A DNA stretch of 64,000 nt, from the IMG/VR virus record IMGVR_UViG_3300043419_000731, positions 1 through 64,000 of that record, one strand, 5' to 3'. The stretch is from a virus. The notes beneath the pieces were generated by a model that was not told the DNA's origin, searched no databases, and saw nothing but the letters and a program-made list of their open reading frames with translations. The position numbers and the translations under genes were made by a program. Below, piece after piece: positions 53,912 through 61,705 of the stretch (position 1 is the first letter of the stretch; the number at the start of each line of letters is the position of its first letter).

Positions 53912-54151
53912 ATGACTAATGAATTTGAACTAAACGACGAAGAGCTATCCAAGACATACATCTCAGATGATGAGCATGTCGACAAATGGAACAATATGGA
54001 GAAGGCTTGCTGGGCGGGATATAAGCAAGTAGGCATGAAGGACAAGGGTGGCAAAAGAGTCCCTAATTGCGTACCTATCAATAAAGCGACGGGACTACCA
54101 GAAGAACCAGAAACTTCCTGGAATGGTGTATTTAAACCAAAGGTAGACTAA
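53912..54151 (+). CDS. Protein with CWxGY...K.GG...PNCVP motif
   Basis: 'CWAGYKQVGMKDKGGKRVPNCVP'; TGaTACAAT 6 nt upstream. Confidence 0.7.
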   Translation: MTNEFELNDEELSKTYISDDEHVDKWNNMEKACWAGYKQVGMKDKGGKRVPNCVPINKATGLPEEPETSWNGVFKPKVD

Positions 54152-54249
54152 TTGCTACATACAACAATAGACCTACTTATCCTTATTGGCGTATGGGTCA
54201 ATGCTTATATAAATATACAGCATCATATTGCTAGAAAGAAGAAAGCATT

Positions 54250-54393
54250 ATGAGTATATTAGATAACCTTGAGGCATATCTTGAGTTTGATGATCTAGGT
54301 AAAGCTTGGAAAGATGCACCAGACTGGTGCGATGATTGCAATTCAAATCCTGGAGAGAAATGTCCAGATTGTGGATATACGCATAATTGTTAG
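54250..54393 (+). CDS. Zinc-binding microprotein (47 aa)
   Basis: 'CDDC...CPDC'. Confidence 0.5.
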   Translation: MSILDNLEAYLEFDDLGKAWKDAPDWCDDCNSNPGEKCPDCGYTHNC

Positions 54394-54434
54394 TTGACTA
54401 GAATATATTTATATTTAATTAAAGGCGGGAAGAA

Positions 54435-54599
54435 ATGAAATGCTACTACTGTACTAAAGAAGCTATACATATAAAGACCTATAGAGATGATGTAGATGGG
54501 ATTACATATCCATTTGAACATTGTGAAGATCACCAAGATATAGACGATATGACCCAAGAAGCAGTGGATCTATGGGCATCTCAAAGTACCTTTGAATAA
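54435..54599 (+). CDS. Zinc-binding microprotein (54 aa)
   Basis: 'CYYC...HCEDH'. Confidence 0.5.
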   Translation: MKCYYCTKEAIHIKTYRDDVDGITYPFEHCEDHQDIDDMTQEAVDLWASQSTFE

Positions 54600-54767
54600 A
54601 GCCAAAATACACATCTAACTCCTATATCCCCCTCCCTTTTATCTCCTTTCTAAGAGCCTCTGGAAGGCTTTATATGTGGAGTAAAGTGGAGCATTGTGGA
54701 GAATTTATACTCTAGATTATAGTTAATATACTATAGTTATATCTATCTAAAGATATATGTGTAATTG

Positions 54768-54798
54768 AGCATACCCCATCTTAAACGTAATGTCAATA
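54768..54798 (-). promoter_or_regulatory. Leftward promoter CTATTGACA-N17-TATGCT
   Basis: + strand AGCATA 54768-54773, TGTCAA 54791-54796. Confidence 0.5.
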
Positions 54799-55079
54799 GG
54801 ACAAATCGGACATATTTACCCCCATATAGCAGCATATTGATCTAAATTTGTCAAGGGATTTTTTGAGGAATTTTGATCTATTTTGCCATATTCTCTACAG
54901 ATTTGTCGACATTTAATAATGATTATATATTTAATTAGACATATTCTGTAGCATTTTCAGGGGTTTTTGTCAAGCCTTCGTAAATAGAAAAATTTGCCCC
55001 AACTTTCAGGGGTTTTGATCAGCTCTCGTAAATAGAAAATTTTGCCCATATGCCCACAGCATACAAAAAATCCACAGGA

Positions 55080-55100
55080 TGTGGATAACCCTGTGGATAA
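55080..55100. promoter_or_regulatory. Two perfect DnaA boxes (TGTGGATAA = TTATCCACA rc)
   Basis: 55080-55088 and 55092-55100. Confidence 0.7.
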
Positions 55101-55156
55101 TTTGGGCAATATATGTTTATCTATATCACCAGGCATTCTTCTCTCATTGTATATGC

Positions 55157-55528
55157 CTAATTGAATGGATCTAGTTCTTCACTCCGCCATCCAAATCTAT
55201 GTTCCTTTACTTCCTCCCGCTTTGGGACTGTAAAAGAACGGGAAGGCAACTTAAGATTAACTAAGTTGTTATCTTCTTGGTATGCTTTGATACATTCGTT
55301 CAATTCATTAGCAAGAGATAGACCTTCGGTTGTTTCATTTCTATTTAGATATACATTGTACATCTTGGCTTGCTCAGATATAATCGATACAATCATTTCC
55401 ATAATTCGGTCAATTGTGTGTAATGGCTGTTCAGCCATATATCGACCAAATACTGTTGGATTAAACCAATGGTCATCTGTTAGATTTACTAGTGATTCTG
55501 CTACTTTGATTTCAGGTGATTTACTCAT
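55157..55528 (-). CDS. Hypothetical protein
   Basis: ORF track; RBS and TTGACC-N17-TATAAT promoter upstream (55554-55582). Confidence 0.65.
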   Translation of the reverse strand: MSKSPEIKVAESLVNLTDDHWFNPTVFGRYMAEQPLHTIDRIMEMIVSIISEQAKMYNVYLNRNETTEGLSLANELNECIKAYQEDNNLVNLKLPSRSFTVPKREEVKEHRFGWRSEELDPFN

Positions 55529-55613
55529 CTGTCCGCCTTCCGCCTAACTGTCGATTATATCAAAAATAAGAGAGGGGGTCAAGGACCAACGAAGCCTGGA
55601 CCCCCACCCTGAA

Positions 55614-55763
55614 TTACTTTGCCTTGTTGCTTGGTGTTTCTGCAGTAAACTTAATACCCTTGGCCTCTGCCTCTGCTAGAGCTACCTTAGCTGCTCCTGA
55701 GAAACGACCACGCACACCTACTGTAATGCCCTGCTGCTTTAGATATTCACGCTTTGTTGCCAT
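55614..55763 (-). CDS. Lsr2 C-terminal DNA-binding-domain-like microprotein (49 aa)
   Basis: MATKREYLKQQGITVGVRGRFSGAAKVALAEA...; RGR AT-hook-like loop; GAAAGGGG RBS. Confidence 0.6.
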   Translation of the reverse strand: MATKREYLKQQGITVGVRGRFSGAAKVALAEAEAKGIKFTAETPSNKAK

Positions 55764-55855
55764 TTGATTATCCCCTTTCAAGAGATGTTATTTGTACTAA
55801 TTATATAAGATATCCACGATTTTGTAAATACCTTCGTAACATATTTTTTTTGCCC

Positions 55856-55996
55856 TTAGATCAAATTGACTTGCTCAACTCGATCTTTAATTAATTTAGC
55901 AATGATGTTATGGGCTTCGATGTTTTCTGTTTCTGACCCACCCCATAGCAATTGCTGTGCTTTATTTAATTGATCATTGATGTACTCATCACTCAT
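55856..55996 (-). CDS. Hypothetical microprotein (46 aa)
   Basis: Read manually; overlaps upstream stop. Confidence 0.55.
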   Translation of the reverse strand: MSDEYINDQLNKAQQLLWGGSETENIEAHNIIAKLIKDRVEQVNLI

Positions 55997-56363
55997 CTTC
56001 ATCTTCGTCCTCATCCCCGTCATATAGTTCGATGATACCTTCTTCGGTCATCCAGTCCCGTACGGCCTCATAGAGGTCCTCTGTGCCATACTCCAGTGTG
56101 AACCCGTTCTTGTCAGCCTGCGTGAAGAACAGTTCCCACATTTCTTCTTCATCCTTGGCTGTACAGTAATCAGGGTCTCCGCCCTGCATAATGTCAGTCC
56201 AGATAGATAGCGCTACATCCCATGTCCACACCCAAACCAGGGGAGGGAAGACCCCTAGTTCACCAATCTTATCTACAATTAAAGTAATATCCTTGTAGAC
56301 ATCCTTCATTCGTGTACTTTCTTGTAGGTCTAATTGATTACTCATTACGTTCTCCAATCGCAA
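55989..56363 (-). CDS. Hypothetical acidic protein
   Basis: ORF track. Confidence 0.6.
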   Translation of the reverse strand: MRLENVMSNQLDLQESTRMKDVYKDITLIVDKIGELGVFPPLVWVWTWDVALSIWTDIMQGGDPDYCTAKDEEEMWELFFTQADKNGFTLEYGTEDLYEAVRDWMTEEGIIELYDGDEDEDEDE

Positions 56364-56607
56364 ATGATAGTTGATATGTTAGATTATATAAAGATACTAA
56401 TGTATCAAGGGCACCTTCACATCTTGTGCGGTCCATAGAGTCCATGGCTTCTTCTGATTCATCTTCAATTGCTTGTGCTTCTGCCAACTCCTGCTCAGCA
56501 ATGAGCATTAGATTCTTTAGTTCACCGTGCATGATGTCAAGGCCTGATACTCCTGCGTTGACCATGCGCTGTAGGTGTGGCGGTAGTCCGATGTCTTCTG
56601 AATTCAT
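56338..56607 (-). CDS. Hypothetical helical protein
   Basis: MNSEDIG start with AAGGAG RBS. Confidence 0.6.
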   Translation of the reverse strand: MNSEDIGLPPHLQRMVNAGVSGLDIMHGELKNLMLIAEQELAEAQAIEDESEEAMDSMDRTRCEGALDTLVSLYNLTYQLSFAIGERNE

Positions 56608-56738
56608 TACATATCTCCTTCTGATAGAGTTAGCCAAGTAGTACAGTATTTGCAGTGGTCCATTTTTAGCGGGGAAGTAACAGAATGAGTACTATCAATA
56701 ATAGACTCAATCTTGTCTAGAACATCATCCAATGTCAT
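56607..56738 (-). CDS. Hypothetical microprotein (43 aa)
   Basis: Read manually; follows TGTCAG promoter. Confidence 0.5.
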   Translation of the reverse strand: MTLDDVLDKIESIIDSTHSVTSPLKMDHCKYCTTWLTLSEGDM

Positions 56739-56920
56739 TATTCATACCTTTCGTTTGAAGAGTTCATTATATCAGTGGCCACTGACAAAAGGTGCTTGGT
56801 TGCATAAATCTGTCCTTCTATATCTACCACATGGATAGAACAAGGATTCTCCTCTAGGTCTTGTTCTAAACTAATTAGATGCAACTTCATATATTCTAGG
56901 AAGTATGATGATCGTGTCAT
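56738..56920 (-). CDS. Hypothetical protein
   Basis: ORF track. Confidence 0.5.
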   Translation of the reverse strand: MTRSSYFLEYMKLHLISLEQDLEENPCSIHVVDIEGQIYATKHLLSVATDIMNSSNERYE

Positions 56921-56921
56921 C

Positions 56922-57182
56922 CTATGCCTCCAGCTTCATTCTAATAATGTCATATGCGTCAATCGCACCTGCTGAATAATCATTCATTTCGTTGTCGCCT
57001 TCTTCTTCATATTGCTTACGCAATTCAGTTAGTTCAGCAATTCGACCTTCTGCAAATTTGCGGAGGGTATCAATAACATCTAAAGCAGCACATTCTCCGC
57101 AATAGGCATTGTAGTCTTCTTCTTCTGTATATGGAATAGATGTTCCACAATCATTACACCAAGACTCATCGCGCATTCCCAT
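56922..57182 (-). CDS. Hypothetical zinc-binding protein
   Basis: 'CNDC...CGEC'. Confidence 0.55.
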   Translation of the reverse strand: MGMRDESWCNDCGTSIPYTEEEDYNAYCGECAALDVIDTLRKFAEGRIAELTELRKQYEEEGDNEMNDYSAGAIDAYDIIRMKLEA

Positions 57183-57367
57183 TATTCTCCCCATGGCCCT
57201 TCAATAAGTCCTTCTTGATATGCAGCAATAATATTCATGGTTTCATGAAGAATGCAATCGCAATCTCCACCGTTCATGTTTTCCATAAATTCAAAATGAG
57301 AATAGTTATCCTCATAGATAGCAGTAACTAGTTCATGAATTGCATATGGTTTTGTATCACTCTTCAT
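57182..57367 (-). CDS. Hypothetical protein
   Basis: ORF track. Confidence 0.55.
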   Translation of the reverse strand: MKSDTKPYAIHELVTAIYEDNYSHFEFMENMNGGDCDCILHETMNIIAAYQEGLIEGPWGE

Positions 57368-58085
57368 TTGATTCTACCTTTCGATATTCAGGGACATTGG
57401 TTTCTAAGTATATAGCATGGGTCTGACATCCTGCGACAGACTCTAGGTCTGCCTCACCAAGCCAGTTACATTTAGAACAGATTTGATTGTCACAATCTTC
57501 ACACCACTCTAGGGTATCAATAGCATCACAATCACGGCACTTAGTGTCATATTCTGATTCTGAGATAACTACACCACGGAGAATCTCACATTCTCCACCC
57601 CAGCCTGTTTCTTCCTCATATGATAAAGTAAATAGTAATGTTGGGTATTGTGCAGATAGTTTTTGTAGGGCAGGCATAGGGCGTGACCATGCTGTATTAA
57701 AGTTATAATAAACTACTTTGTTATCGCCATTAGCGACAGGCCCTTCAATATATGTATCAGGAAACTTTTCTAGTTCAGATACAGCCACATCCCATTTGGT
57801 ACCCCATTCACGGTTATTGAAGTTGTACCAATCGTTGCCCTCAAATGCCAAACTAAACTTTTCGGGGAAGACAGGTTGCGAATGATATGCATCAAGGTCG
57901 GTAGGTGCAATAATGTTGCGGAAACTAAAGATAGGATTAGGATACTTGCGTTGTTCCACAGAATAAGCCAAATCACCATTAGGTTTAATAGAATCTACAA
58001 ATGGTGTATTCATCTGTTCAACTAATTTATCTACTTGCTCAGGATTACCCTCAATAGTTAATCCATTATATACCCAGTTTGGCAT
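57357..58085 (-). CDS. DUF1281/Api92-like ferredoxin-fold protein with C-terminal Cys cluster
   Basis: 'MPNW..N.L.I.G', 'WYNFN..EWGTKWD', 'F.TAWS.P', 'YEEE.GW.G'. Confidence 0.7.
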   Translation of the reverse strand: MPNWVYNGLTIEGNPEQVDKLVEQMNTPFVDSIKPNGDLAYSVEQRKYPNPIFSFRNIIAPTDLDAYHSQPVFPEKFSLAFEGNDWYNFNNREWGTKWDVAVSELEKFPDTYIEGPVANGDNKVVYYNFNTAWSRPMPALQKLSAQYPTLLFTLSYEEETGWGGECEILRGVVISESEYDTKCRDCDAIDTLEWCEDCDNQICSKCNWLGEADLESVAGCQTHAIYLETNVPEYRKVESNEE

Positions 58086-58264
58086 ATTTATCCTTTCGTT
58101 TGATATATGAGAATTATACACTGGACCACTGACAAATGGAATACATATGCCCTGTGTTCTACACCACATGGATCAGAGCTGATCCCATATTGTGAAATTT
58201 TCAGGGAATTTACTTGACACCCGTAAAAGAGATATGTTACCCTCAGTCTTTGCGGGCAAATAGA

Positions 58265-58290
58265 AATCCCCCAGTCAAAGCTGGGGGATT
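58265..58290 (-). terminator. Intrinsic terminator-like hairpin
   Basis: AATCCCCCAG-tcaaag-CTGGGGGATT, followed on minus strand by TTTCTATTT. Confidence 0.7.
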
Positions 58291-58425
58291 ATGAATATGG
58301 CTGCCTGGATTTCCAACGAAAGAAATAAACCCGCTTTACTTAGCACCTGGCCCGTAGACTAGTAGATGCACCATTTCATTTCCTATTAAAACCAGGACCC
58401 AAGGTCCTGGATTAATTATAGCATA

Positions 58426-58791
58426 TTACTCAACTGAAACTAGGGAGTACTTGTCTACAAAGGATGAGAGACTAGTTGAAAATACTTCCGTAGTCAGGTC
58501 CTCTTCCATTAGTGTAAATGTCTTCTTATTCCAGTCAATGATTGGTACCCTGTGCTCATTATCTGCTAACTCATTAACGGTAATGCCCCAGCCAGTGGTT
58601 GACTGCCATTCTTCATTAATTAAATTAGAGATAGCAATGCGTGTTGCATATGATTCATCAGACCACCTTGGCTCTGCTGCTCGTACAGCGCTAGCCAAAT
58701 TCTGCAACATCATGTGCCCCGCCCAGTGTCCATACAAAAACACTGTATCGCCCTTGCGGTCTTTAAACCCAAAGTTTGCTCTGTCGCCCAT
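58426..58791 (-). CDS. Hypothetical protein (MGDRANF...)
   Basis: ORF track; 'YGHWAG', 'YATRI' conserved-looking motifs. Confidence 0.7.
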   Translation of the reverse strand: MGDRANFGFKDRKGDTVFLYGHWAGHMMLQNLASAVRAAEPRWSDESYATRIAISNLINEEWQSTTGWGITVNELADNEHRVPIIDWNKKTFTLMEEDLTTEVFSTSLSSFVDKYSLVSVE

Positions 58792-58792
58792 T

Positions 58793-58990
58793 TTATTCCG
58801 CCGTTTCTAGTTGTGGTGTTACTTCTACCTTGTTCAATTCTATCACTTCATAGGCCGCTCTGTCTAGGCCCCTTTTATTGCTGTTATAATGATGGCCACA
58901 GAAAGCAAGCTCTCCGCCAACTAGTTTAACTAGATACATAGAGTCTGCAGATCCGCAGGCATCGCATGGAATATATTCTCTATCTCTCAT
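58793..58990 (-). CDS. Zinc-binding hypothetical protein
   Basis: 'CDACG...FCGHH'. Confidence 0.7.
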   Translation of the reverse strand: MRDREYIPCDACGSADSMYLVKLVGGELAFCGHHYNSNKRGLDRAAYEVIELNKVEVTPQLETAE

Positions 58991-59133
58991 AGAGAGCCAC
59001 CCTCAATCATTTCTGCAAGGCGGTCAAGAATCCATGTATCGATATCAGCGATATCAATCTCTGCAAGCTTTTCCATAAGTTCCTCACGAGCAAACTTATA
59101 TCCATCCTCAAAGCCATCTTTATAATCTGACAT
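58987..59133 (-). CDS. Hypothetical microprotein (48 aa)
   Basis: MSDYKDGFEDGYKFAREE...; AGGAG RBS. Confidence 0.6.
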   Translation of the reverse strand: MSDYKDGFEDGYKFAREELMEKLAEIDIADIDTWILDRLAEMIEGGSL

Positions 59134-59141
59134 CTTATCTC

Positions 59142-59345
59142 CTAATATCCTGTCGCTTCTTTATCTGACCAGTATGATTCTGTTAAACCATACTTATCAC
59201 GAATGCGACTTACTTTCTCAATACTACCAGTTCCGATATTGAATGTCAATGGTCCGCATTGTTCTGGGTCCAAACCAATCAACTCCGCTTCCCAGGTAGC
59301 CCGTGCAAAGGCTACCTGAGATGGAGCAGTTAATTCAAAATACAT
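59142..59345 (-). CDS. Hypothetical protein
   Basis: ORF track. Confidence 0.6.
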   Translation of the reverse strand: MYFELTAPSQVAFARATWEAELIGLDPEQCGPLTFNIGTGSIEKVSRIRDKYGLTESYWSDKEATGY

Positions 59346-59959
59346 TAGTACGCACCTTCTTCTACTCGGTCAATCTCAAAGTTATTCACAGACATTTCTG
59401 ATGCATATGAATCAACAGTTAGATTAGAAGATACAAAGTCTTCGATACCGTCAAAGTCACCTGTCAAATCAACTTCAACAGTTGCATCAACACGAACCCA
59501 AACAGTAACTTCAATTTCCTTGGTTAGAGGAACATCGAACATCTCTGCAATCTCAGCCAATGATTCTTGGTCTGATGAATCTGCGTAGTTCTCTTCAAGG
59601 AATGTACGGAGTTGTGATTCCTTGCGGTACCACTGGTTCTGCTTCTCAGTAAGATTCTTAAGTTGCCAAACCATGTGACGAATATCTGATTCAGTATATG
59701 TTTTAGTAATTAGGTCATCACCCTCGACCCACTGCAACTGCATTGTTACTGGTGTTGTTGTTTCTTCCATTGTTTCCTCTTTCGTTGTTGTTGTAGAAGG
59801 AATTGTAGCATCGACCACTGACAAAAGGATGCAGGCGGTCCCGCATCTGCAAGTGAGGTCCATCACACCATTAGGCCATCCATAGCCATCCTTAAATGTG
59901 TATTCAATTAATGCATCACAATCACCTGGGCATATCCAGGTATATTTCTGATAGTTCAT
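59345..59959 (-). CDS. Hypothetical protein with an in-frame internal start at 59770
   Basis: Both ATG 59959 and ATG 59770 have their own TGTCAG promoter and GAAAGAGG RBS. Confidence 0.65.
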   Translation of the reverse strand: MNYQKYTWICPGDCDALIEYTFKDGYGWPNGVMDLTCRCGTACILLSVVDATIPSTTTTKEETMEETTTPVTMQLQWVEGDDLITKTYTESDIRHMVWQLKNLTEKQNQWYRKESQLRTFLEENYADSSDQESLAEIAEMFDVPLTKEIEVTVWVRVDATVEVDLTGDFDGIEDFVSSNLTVDSYASEMSVNNFEIDRVEEGAY

Positions 59960-60111
59960 TTTCCCTCTTTCGTTGTATAGGAGTATTATAGGGCATAGCA
60001 CTGACAAATGGAATAGTTTTCAGGGATTTTCTTTGTGATCCGTAACACAAAAAACTGGCCTTCCCTATTGCGGGCGCATACTTATGCATTGATATGCATA
60101 AATATGTTTTG

Positions 60112-60185
60112 CGATCCATAACGGACTTGAACCGTCGACCTCTACCGTGACAGGGTAGCGCTCTAACCAACTGAGCTAATGGACC
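60112..60185 (-). tRNA. tRNA-Asp(GTC)
   Basis: rc cloverleaf; CTACC-CTGTCAC-GGTAG. Confidence 0.92.
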
Positions 60186-60192
60186 AATAAGG

Positions 60193-60220
60193 TGAGCAGT
60201 TTTAAATCTTGCTCAGGATT
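60193..60220 (-). ncRNA. H-type pseudoknot motif, copy C
   Basis: AATC-CTGAGCAA-GATT-TAAAACT-GCTCA. Confidence 0.7.
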
Positions 60221-60228
60221 ATTTTTAT

Positions 60229-61233
60229 TTAGAAAGTTGCAACCATTCGATACAACTTATTTTTTTCTGCGGTAAGAACAGGGTCAAATCCTGATGCACC
60301 CGCCATAAGTGATTCAGAGTTGCCACGCCCTGAACGATAGTAATCTAGGCGCTCAGTTAGCGCATTGAATGCGCCCCACTTTGTGCCCTTGATTGTGGCG
60401 TTAGTTGGTGAGTTATGATAAAGGTCATCGATTAGGACAACTTTATTTTCCCACTTCTTGATTGCGCCCTTAGCATCTTTCTCAGGCTTTGGATAGATTG
60501 TCTGAATCAACTTTGAGAATTCAGCATCGGTGATTGCTTGAGAATAAAGTGCTTGAGCATTCTTCTCAAATTCATCAAAGTATCCAAGCGCAAGCCCAAG
60601 AGTTTCACGAGCAACTTGAATGCGACCTTCAACAGATTGCGTGTGGCGAATCTTGAAAGATTGCTTAGCGCTCTTCATTGCAAGGTTGAGAGTGTTTTGG
60701 CATACAACACGAACAGGGGTAACCGCTGCTTGAACAGCAACAGAACCATCGTGTGATGTCCATACGATTAGATATAACTTGGTTTCGTCATTGGCGCCTT
60801 GTGGGTCAAGAACCATTGTGCGAGGAATATCCACAGTGCCGAATACAACTTTGCCCTGCTTAAGAGAACCAGCAGATTCCCAACGGCAGTCAGCGTTAGC
60901 ATCGTGAATTGCATCAGCGAATGCAAACAATTCTTCATTCTGCACAGGCTTGTAGCGCTTACCAACAGTAGCAAGAACATCAGTTCCGCCATTGAATGGG
61001 TTATCACGCAACACGAGAGATGCAGTTGAAACATCATTCCAAGATTCTGGAATATGCTCAGCGATTGGAGAAAGACGAACATTCCAATTTGCTAACTTTG
61101 CTTCTTCAAGCATTGTTGCAGTTGTAACTTCTTCATCTTGTGTAAAGATGCGGTTTGCAAGGTTGTGCCAAGCAGGAGCACCACGGAGAGCGAATGCAAC
61201 TTCGCCATTTTCGACTTCGAGATTATGAGCCAT
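60229..61233 (-). CDS. DUF932/DUF945 phage-plasmid protein
   Basis: 'MAH......AWHNL', 'Y.PVQN.E.F', 'ESAGSL..G..VF', 'SHDGS', 'RVVC.NTL', 'IRHT'. Confidence 0.85.
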   Translation of the reverse strand: MAHNLEVENGEVAFALRGAPAWHNLANRIFTQDEEVTTATMLEEAKLANWNVRLSPIAEHIPESWNDVSTASLVLRDNPFNGGTDVLATVGKRYKPVQNEELFAFADAIHDANADCRWESAGSLKQGKVVFGTVDIPRTMVLDPQGANDETKLYLIVWTSHDGSVAVQAAVTPVRVVCQNTLNLAMKSAKQSFKIRHTQSVEGRIQVARETLGLALGYFDEFEKNAQALYSQAITDAEFSKLIQTIYPKPEKDAKGAIKKWENKVVLIDDLYHNSPTNATIKGTKWGAFNALTERLDYYRSGRGNSESLMAGASGFDPVLTAEKNKLYRMVATF

Positions 61234-61410
61234 TTTTTGCCTTTCGTTTGGTTGATTAAGCAATTATAACAGGTGGGTCTGACATTTACAAGGTTAGTTA
61301 GTCATTTGTCCGAATTGTCTGACGTGATCAATCTCACAAATTTTCAGGGTTTTCCACAGATCCCCGTAACGCTGTGGATAACCCCGCAAAAGCGGGGGCC
61401 GAGCTGGGGA

Positions 61411-61671
61411 TTAACTCCCCAACTCTACCTTAGTCGCATTTCGAATTATGTTTTTATTAAATTCAACTGTCTTCTCATCAAGAAACATTGCAGTTGTCTT
61501 TTTCTTTTTTACATTATCAAAAACGTAAGCATTTACTTTGCCGCTAAAGTTTCTGATGTTACTGAATACTAATTCAGTTAAGTATTCTTTATCAACACCT
61601 TGATCCGAATAAATCGTGATGTCGTTCATTTTGTTTGCATCGTAGATTTCTACTCTGAAACGATTTGCCAT
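61411..61671 (-). CDS. Hypothetical protein
   Basis: ORF track. Confidence 0.6.
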   Translation of the reverse strand: MANRFRVEIYDANKMNDITIYSDQGVDKEYLTELVFSNIRNFSGKVNAYVFDNVKKKKTTAMFLDEKTVEFNKNIIRNATKVELGS

Positions 61672-61705
61672 TGTATTACCTTTGTTAGTAGTTGTCCCCG
61701 AAGGG

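Larger units (their letters stand above)
54600..55156. other. Long non-coding junction between convergent gene blocks, origin-like architecture
   Basis: GTGGAG x3 with 10-bp period, AT-rich tract, leftward promoter, tandem ~48-bp duplication, two perfect DnaA boxes. Confidence 0.55.

Noticed and set aside
59922-60170. 82-aa plus-strand ORF in track
   Set aside because: Antisense to tRNA-Asp and a promoter cassette.
61306-61323. GGACAAATCGGACA-like motif shared with 54799
   Set aside because: Only two imperfect copies; too few to distinguish from chance.
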